A DNA stretch of 64,000 nucleotides, taken from positions 5,653 through 69,652 of the forward strand of contig QHCC01000009.1 in the NCBI GenBank assembly GCA_003243915.1. The letters are read 5' to 3'. The notes under the pieces are model-generated. The model was given only the letters and a program-made list of their open reading frames with translations, ran no database searches and was not told where the DNA came from. Made by a program: the position numbers and the translations under genes. Source of the stretch: Pseudonocardiales bacterium. Lineage in GTDB: Bacteria > Actinomycetota > Actinomycetes > Mycobacteriales > Jatrophihabitantaceae. Shown here in pieces: positions 56,575-64,000 of this stretch; position 1 is the stretch's first letter, and each line of letters opens with the position of its first letter.

Positions 56575-56628
56575 CGTGGAGCTGATGCCGTGCGAACCGC
56601 CACGATGTGACGCCTTCTGGGAGGCCGC

Positions 56629-58368
56629 CTACCCGCGTGGAGTCACGATGACGCCAGTGTTCGTGCCCACCCACGTGTTGCCGGTGGCAGTGAGCGACAC
56701 GCCCGTGCTCACGATGATCGCGCAATTTTGGTAGAGGCTGGTGTGCCCGAACCGGTTGTTGCTGACGTCGATTCCACTCATCGTCGCCAACGGTGTGTCG
56801 GCCACGTTGACCGTGCAGCCTCCGCCGTCAGCCCAGTTGCCGTCGAACCACACGCGGCTGACTACGCCGTTACCTTGAGTGATCTGCAGCGCGGAGTTGC
56901 CCGCACCCTGGATCGTGTTGCCGAGGATGTGGATGTTGGAACCGTTGAGCAGCTGCACGCCGTCGTTGTGGGACGGGCCACCACCCTGGTAAGGGTCGCT
57001 GGCGTACTGCACCATGCTGTGCACCCACGAGTTCTGGATTGTGGTGTTGTTTCCGATGATCTTCGCACCATCCACGGCACCATGGATGTTGACGCGCGAC
57101 AGGGTGTAGTTCGAACCCCTCATCCCGTCAATGGCGACGGAAGGATACATCGGGACGATTTCGGAATCCTGCAGCAGGAAGTTCGTTCCCGCCGCGTCGA
57201 TGTCCGTCACGATGCCGGGATTGCCGCCGGTGGCTACGCCGCCCCGAATGATCGACCGCTTGATTGTCACATTGGCGGCCTTGATCGTCACGAAGCCATG
57301 GATGTCCATCGCGTCGTAGACGGCGCCCGGCGTCGTGATGACCAGGTTACCGGTGTAGGTCCTCAGCTGCGTTCCAGCCGGCACACCGGTGTTCGTCGGT
57401 CCGGGTTGGGTCGGCGGCGGCGGCGGAGGCGGCGGCGGCGGCGGCGGAGGCGGCGGCGGCGGCGGAGGCGGCGGCGGCGGCGGAGGCGGCGGCGGAGGCG
57501 GACGGGTCGTCAGTCCCCAGCCGACCAGCCCGGACACCGTCACTGCTGCCGGGCGCGAGGTGGAATGGTCGAAGACGTACACGCCGATCTGGCCGACGGC
57601 CGTCAACCTGCCGGGCGCAGAGTCAGCGGCCGCCAGCTCCCACCCTGGGGCCGGGGTGCCCGAGAGCCAAGCGCGGCCCCGCAGCAGAACGGTCGACGAT
57701 TCCGCCACGAGCCCCTCGAGCACGATCTTGTGCCCGGGGGTCACCCGCTGCGGGAGCAGGAGCTGGCCGCCGACCGGGGTGGCCACACCGTTTTCGAGGT
57801 GGCTGAAACCGATCGTCATGGTGCCGCCGGTCCCTACCCGGAGCTGGACTCGATAGGTGTTCGCGGTGCTCTGCTTGCGGAACTCGAGGTTGTAGTACAC
57901 GCCATTCCCGTAGACCGGTATGACCGGGAGGCTGAACGTCGACTGGAGCTGCTCGTCGGACGGCTGCATCGCGCTGAGCGTCGCCTGGACTGTCTGGCCC
58001 GATGCGATCGAGGAGATATGGCCGGAACCACCGGAGACGCTGAATTGCGCCGACGGCAGCGTGGTCCATCTGCCCCCAGCGTTCGCGGTGCCGAAGCCAG
58101 CTGCGACCGTGCTGCTCATCGAGTCAGACGCGTTGATGGTCGCGGTGTAATTGGGCGTGGTGATCGGCGCAGCCGCCGCGGGGCCCGCGGTGCTAGCTGC
58201 TAAGAGCAGTGCCGCGCACGTCGTCGCCACGGTGAACAGGGCGCCGGACCGCAGCCCTCGAGGGCGGCGGCCGGATCGGTCTTGCTGAGGCTGGGTGCTG
58301 GCGGTGGTCTCCACCAGGGGCGCGGGCGGCGGTGGGCGCACGCCGGCTTGCGAGAACCATAATGTCAC
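56629..58368 (-). CDS. Secreted beta-helix paralog: signal peptide, ~210 aa beta-rich domain, poly-Pro linker, pectate-lyase-fold domain
   Basis: Signal RRPRGLRSGALFTVATTCAALLLAASTAGPAAAA and a run of 30 Pro. The C-terminal domain has NVTIKRSIIRGG...HNDGVQLL...NSALQITQG...NNRFGH. Start uncertain (GTG 58368, 58341 or 58314). Confidence 0.75.
   Translation of the reverse strand: MTLWFSQAGVRPPPPAPLVETTASTQPQQDRSGRRPRGLRSGALFTVATTCAALLLAASTAGPAAAAPITTPNYTATINASDSMSSTVAAGFGTANAGGRWTTLPSAQFSVSGGSGHISSIASGQTVQATLSAMQPSDEQLQSTFSLPVIPVYGNGVYYNLEFRKQSTANTYRVQLRVGTGGTMTIGFSHLENGVATPVGGQLLLPQRVTPGHKIVLEGLVAESSTVLLRGRAWLSGTPAPGWELAAADSAPGRLTAVGQIGVYVFDHSTSRPAAVTVSGLVGWGLTTRPPPPPPPPPPPPPPPPPPPPPPPPPPPPPPTQPGPTNTGVPAGTQLRTYTGNLVITTPGAVYDAMDIHGFVTIKAANVTIKRSIIRGGVATGGNPGIVTDIDAAGTNFLLQDSEIVPMYPSVAIDGMRGSNYTLSRVNIHGAVDGAKIIGNNTTIQNSWVHSMVQYASDPYQGGGPSHNDGVQLLNGSNIHILGNTIQGAGNSALQITQGNGVVSRVWFDGNWADGGGCTVNVADTPLATMSGIDVSNNRFGHTSLYQNCAIIVSTGVSLTATGNTWVGTNTGVIVTPRG
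57412..57501 (-). repeat. Run of 30 consecutive proline codons (CCG/CCT)
   Basis: The plus strand reads (GGC/GGA)n from 57412 to 57501, bounded by ACC (Thr, 57409-57411) and CGT (Arg, 57502-57504) on the coding strand. Confidence 0.9.
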
Positions 58369-58769
58369 TGGTCGTCATCTGCTGTCTCCCCCGGGAGATG
58401 GTGCACGATCCCCCGAACCGCCGCAGTCTAACAGAGTTTTTACAATCGTTTTACACGTAGCGAACGGGGCGATCAGAGTAGATGGGATCAGGGTGATTAT
58501 CGGAATCCATAGGAAGAATCCTAATTGATGTCAATCATCCGAATTAAGCGGGTATTTCTGGCGAAACCTCCATCGGCTTGGTCGCTCGACCCGGTTTTCA
58601 CTGCCTGAACGGCCCGCGCCGGGGCGTAGCAGCCGAGACCCGGCAGCGTGCGCCACCCGGGCCACGTCCGCCACCAGCACACCTGCCGTCAACCCCTGGC
58701 CAACCGAACCCACCCGGCGTTCGTCTCGATGTGGGGGACGGGTGCCCGGACCGCCTTTGAGCCGCCGCG

Positions 58770-59213
58770 CTACCCGCGGCGTGCAGGTGTCGGCACGCTG
58801 GCAGGAACGGCGGCTCGGATCGGGTCCGGCTCCCCGCCGGCGCTCACCCGGCGGGGGTCGAGCACCACGATGTCGACGCCCATCTGTCGCAACCCGGCGT
58901 AGGTCGGCGCGACGGCGCTTCTTGGCAAGACGAATAACCGGTCGAAGCGCAGCTGGTCCCACACATCGAGCAGGTCGTCGCTCAGCTGCCCGATGGCGGC
59001 ATCGACGGACCGCATCGCCCGCGCGATGGCGAGTCGCTCGTCGAACGGGATCACCGGTGGCTCCCCGGTGGTGCGTAGTACCAGGTCATCGCAGTGCACG
59101 CCAACGATGAGGAAATCGCAGTCGGCCCGGGCGGCCCGCAGTTGATCCAGATGTCCGACGCCGAACAGGTCGTATGCGTCACTGGTGTAGCCGATGTGAC
59201 GGCAGCCTTTCAC
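58770..59213 (-). CDS. Cytidylyltransferase-fold paralog with degenerate active-site motifs
   Basis: GTGA overlap with the upstream tagD-like gene. Has FGVGH in place of F-H-x-G-H, RSVD in place of RYVD, and no GDDW or ..TSST motifs. Confidence 0.6.
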   Translation of the reverse strand: MKGCRHIGYTSDAYDLFGVGHLDQLRAARADCDFLIVGVHCDDLVLRTTGEPPVIPFDERLAIARAMRSVDAAIGQLSDDLLDVWDQLRFDRLFVLPRSAVAPTYAGLRQMGVDIVVLDPRRVSAGGEPDPIRAAVPASVPTPARRG

Positions 59214-59626
59214 GCCCCGAAAACCGTCCTGCGCAATGCCGTGCTGGAGGTGTGCGGCGTATAGGGAAAGTACGCGATACGAACGCCGAGCTCACCGAAA
59301 TCGCGCTCGATCCGTTCCCAGGCAGTCGTCCCGCGCCAGTCGTCGCCGACGAACATGACGTCGAAATGGAGCCGTTGCCAGGCCGCCATCTTGTCCATGG
59401 AGCGCTGCTCGACCACCCTGTCGACGTAGCGGACACTGGCCACGATCTCGGCCCGCTCGTCGTAGGGCACGATGGGCCGCTTGCCTTTCGCGGCGATGCT
59501 CAGGTCGTCACTCGTCACGCCGACGATCAGCTCGTCACAAGACTCGCTCGCATTACGCAACAAATTGAGATGTCCGATATGAAACATATCGTAGACACCC
59601 GTCGTGTAGCCGACGACGGCAGCCAT
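59210..59626 (-). CDS. tagD: Glycerol-3-phosphate cytidylyltransferase
   Basis: 138 aa with GYTTGVYDMFHIGHLNLL, RYVD, GDDW and YTPHTSSTAL, as in TagD/TarD. Confidence 0.8.
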   Translation of the reverse strand: MAAVVGYTTGVYDMFHIGHLNLLRNASESCDELIVGVTSDDLSIAAKGKRPIVPYDERAEIVASVRYVDRVVEQRSMDKMAAWQRLHFDVMFVGDDWRGTTAWERIERDFGELGVRIAYFPYTPHTSSTALRRTVFGA

Positions 59627-59707
59627 AACGTTCCCCCCGATAACTCAGCCCGCGCATCTTAACCCAGCTGCTCAGTTGCGTACAGCGAACGGATTGCGAG
59701 AGCGAAC

Positions 59708-60517
59708 CTATCGGGGTGCTTCGGGCTGGGCAGCGCGCCCGAGTCTGGCCATCTCGCGGTACCAGCGCAGGGAACCGACGAGCAGGAACAACGCGTTCGC
59801 CACGAGCAGGAAGGAGTACACCGTGATGAAGACGACCGCGCTGGGCAGCAGCGCCAGCGCGAGGCAGAGCACGCCGTAGTCGTTCGGCAGGACGATGAGC
59901 GACCGCAGAACGGGCGCCGGATCACTGACCGACGGTGCGGCCGGAACGAACATGTCGTGGCCAGGCTCGGCGAGCGCGTTCGCGCGAGCGACCCGGCGCA
60001 GTTGCTCGGCCAGCATGACGCCGAAGAAGAACCCGGAGTTGACCACGCTGTAGGCCAGTGGGATGAGCAGCAACGACGGGTTCTCGAGGTCGTAGAAGCG
60101 AAACCAGGCAATGGCAATCACGCAGTGGATCGCCGTGCACTTAAGCGCATCCAACTCGTGATCGAGCCACTCACCGGCCGGCGATCCACCACCCTTCAAG
60201 CGGGCGAGCTGGCCGTCGGCGGAGTCGAACGCGTACCCGAAGAGCAACAGGAAGGCCGCCATCGCCGACATGGGCCACGAGGGGCTGACCGTTGCGATCA
60301 CCGTCATCGCGGCGACGGTCAGCGTCGCGTTGGCGGCCGAGAGATGGTTGGGCGCCAGCCCGCGCAGATACGCCGCGGCTGCGATGTATCGACCCAGCCG
60401 GCGGTTGATCCATCGGGTATAGCCGGCCGCGCCTCGGCTGCTCTTCTGGGCGGGGGCGAGGCGGGCGAGCACCTGGCTGAAGCGGGGTCGGCCCGCCACA
60501 GTCGGATCGGTCACCAT
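59708..60517 (-). CDS. CDP-alcohol phosphatidyltransferase-family membrane protein
   Basis: ATG 60517 gives 269 aa with [30 protein letters not shown] (the D-x2-D-G-x2-A-R...G-x3-D-x3-D motif). ORF 59708..61039 is over-extended. Confidence 0.8.
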   Translation of the reverse strand: MVTDPTVAGRPRFSQVLARLAPAQKSSRGAAGYTRWINRRLGRYIAAAAYLRGLAPNHLSAANATLTVAAMTVIATVSPSWPMSAMAAFLLLFGYAFDSADGQLARLKGGGSPAGEWLDHELDALKCTAIHCVIAIAWFRFYDLENPSLLLIPLAYSVVNSGFFFGVMLAEQLRRVARANALAEPGHDMFVPAAPSVSDPAPVLRSLIVLPNDYGVLCLALALLPSAVVFITVYSFLLVANALFLLVGSLRWYREMARLGRAAQPEAPR

Positions 60518-60746
60518 GAATGCCACCCCTCGTCCGCGGATTGTCGCTCGGCTGCTCACGATGCCAGAGACAGTGGGCCAGCTGAGTGCAGGTGTCCAGT
60601 GCATCGAGCGGCCGGGCGTCGCGTACTCCGTGAGCTCTGCTTGTCGCGTATCCGGGCCCGCAGGGCAACTACTGCCGCGGGTAGTCTGGTCGATGTCCCC
60701 GCCCGTTACCGGTTCGGGGACGTTTGTGCTGCGCGGAAAGGACGAA

Positions 60747-64000
<3,254 letters not shown>

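Noticed and set aside
56728-58203. 491-aa plus-strand ORF with a long poly-Arg run, and the poly-Gly ORF 57389..57856
   Set aside because: Both are alternative-frame readings of the complement of the poly-Pro tract and beta-helix gene. The minus-strand frame has a signal peptide and a conserved paralog.
35860-60517. Prophage, ICE or defence island between ppc and mfd
   Set aside because: There are no integrase, transposase, nuclease/helicase/methylase or phage structural signatures. Every gene fits polysaccharide synthesis, modification or binding.

Overview
High-GC actinobacterial chromosome segment (about 70% GC by eye, not computed; taxon not identifiable from sequence alone). The backbone is the housekeeping neighbourhood known from mycobacteria: transglycosylase-like gene, rsmA, prs, glmU, tRNA-Gln, TetR, ABC-F, ispE, rplY, pth, LpqT-like lipoprotein, ppc and mfd. 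Here it is cut into blocks of differing orientation, and accessory modules sit at the junctions. These are: (1) an acyl-CoA desaturase flanked by related compound palindromes; (2) a translationally coupled six-gene kynurenine/3-hydroxyanthranilate operon (6570-12612), with tryptophan 2,3-dioxygenase unlinked (19773-20561) and no formamidase seen; (3) small modules (PadR plus membrane partner, SRPBCC, metallophosphoesterase, LtrA, ABM/DLH/MmyB-like regulator); (4) a DrrAB-type ABC exporter; (5) an ada-alkA/ogt pair; (6) a ~25 kb glycopolymer locus (35860-60517) between ppc and mfd. The glycopolymer locus is my best candidate for an undescribed system, though only as a cell-envelope polymer locus. 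It combines Wzx/Wzy/Wzc-type assembly, five glycosyltransferases, an acyltransferase and a UDP-HexNAc-type dehydrogenase. It also carries a CDP-glycerol module (a TagD pair, one with a degenerate active site, plus a CDP-alcohol phosphotransferase), a 1174-aa secreted multidomain protein inside the operon, and two tandem beta-helix paralogs, one with a run of 30 prolines. Non-coding highlights are two MIRU-like tandem repeats that overlap stop codons (122 bp at rsmA, 57 bp at ada-alkA), a 31-nt-period forward/inverted repeat array, and a ~600 bp gene-free convergent gap. That gap holds five same-orientation DnaA-box-like 9-mers next to a structured region ending in an 11-bp hairpin. No CRISPR array, transposase, integrase, rRNA or recognisable defence genes were seen. 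Start codons are my best choice from context and several are ambiguous.
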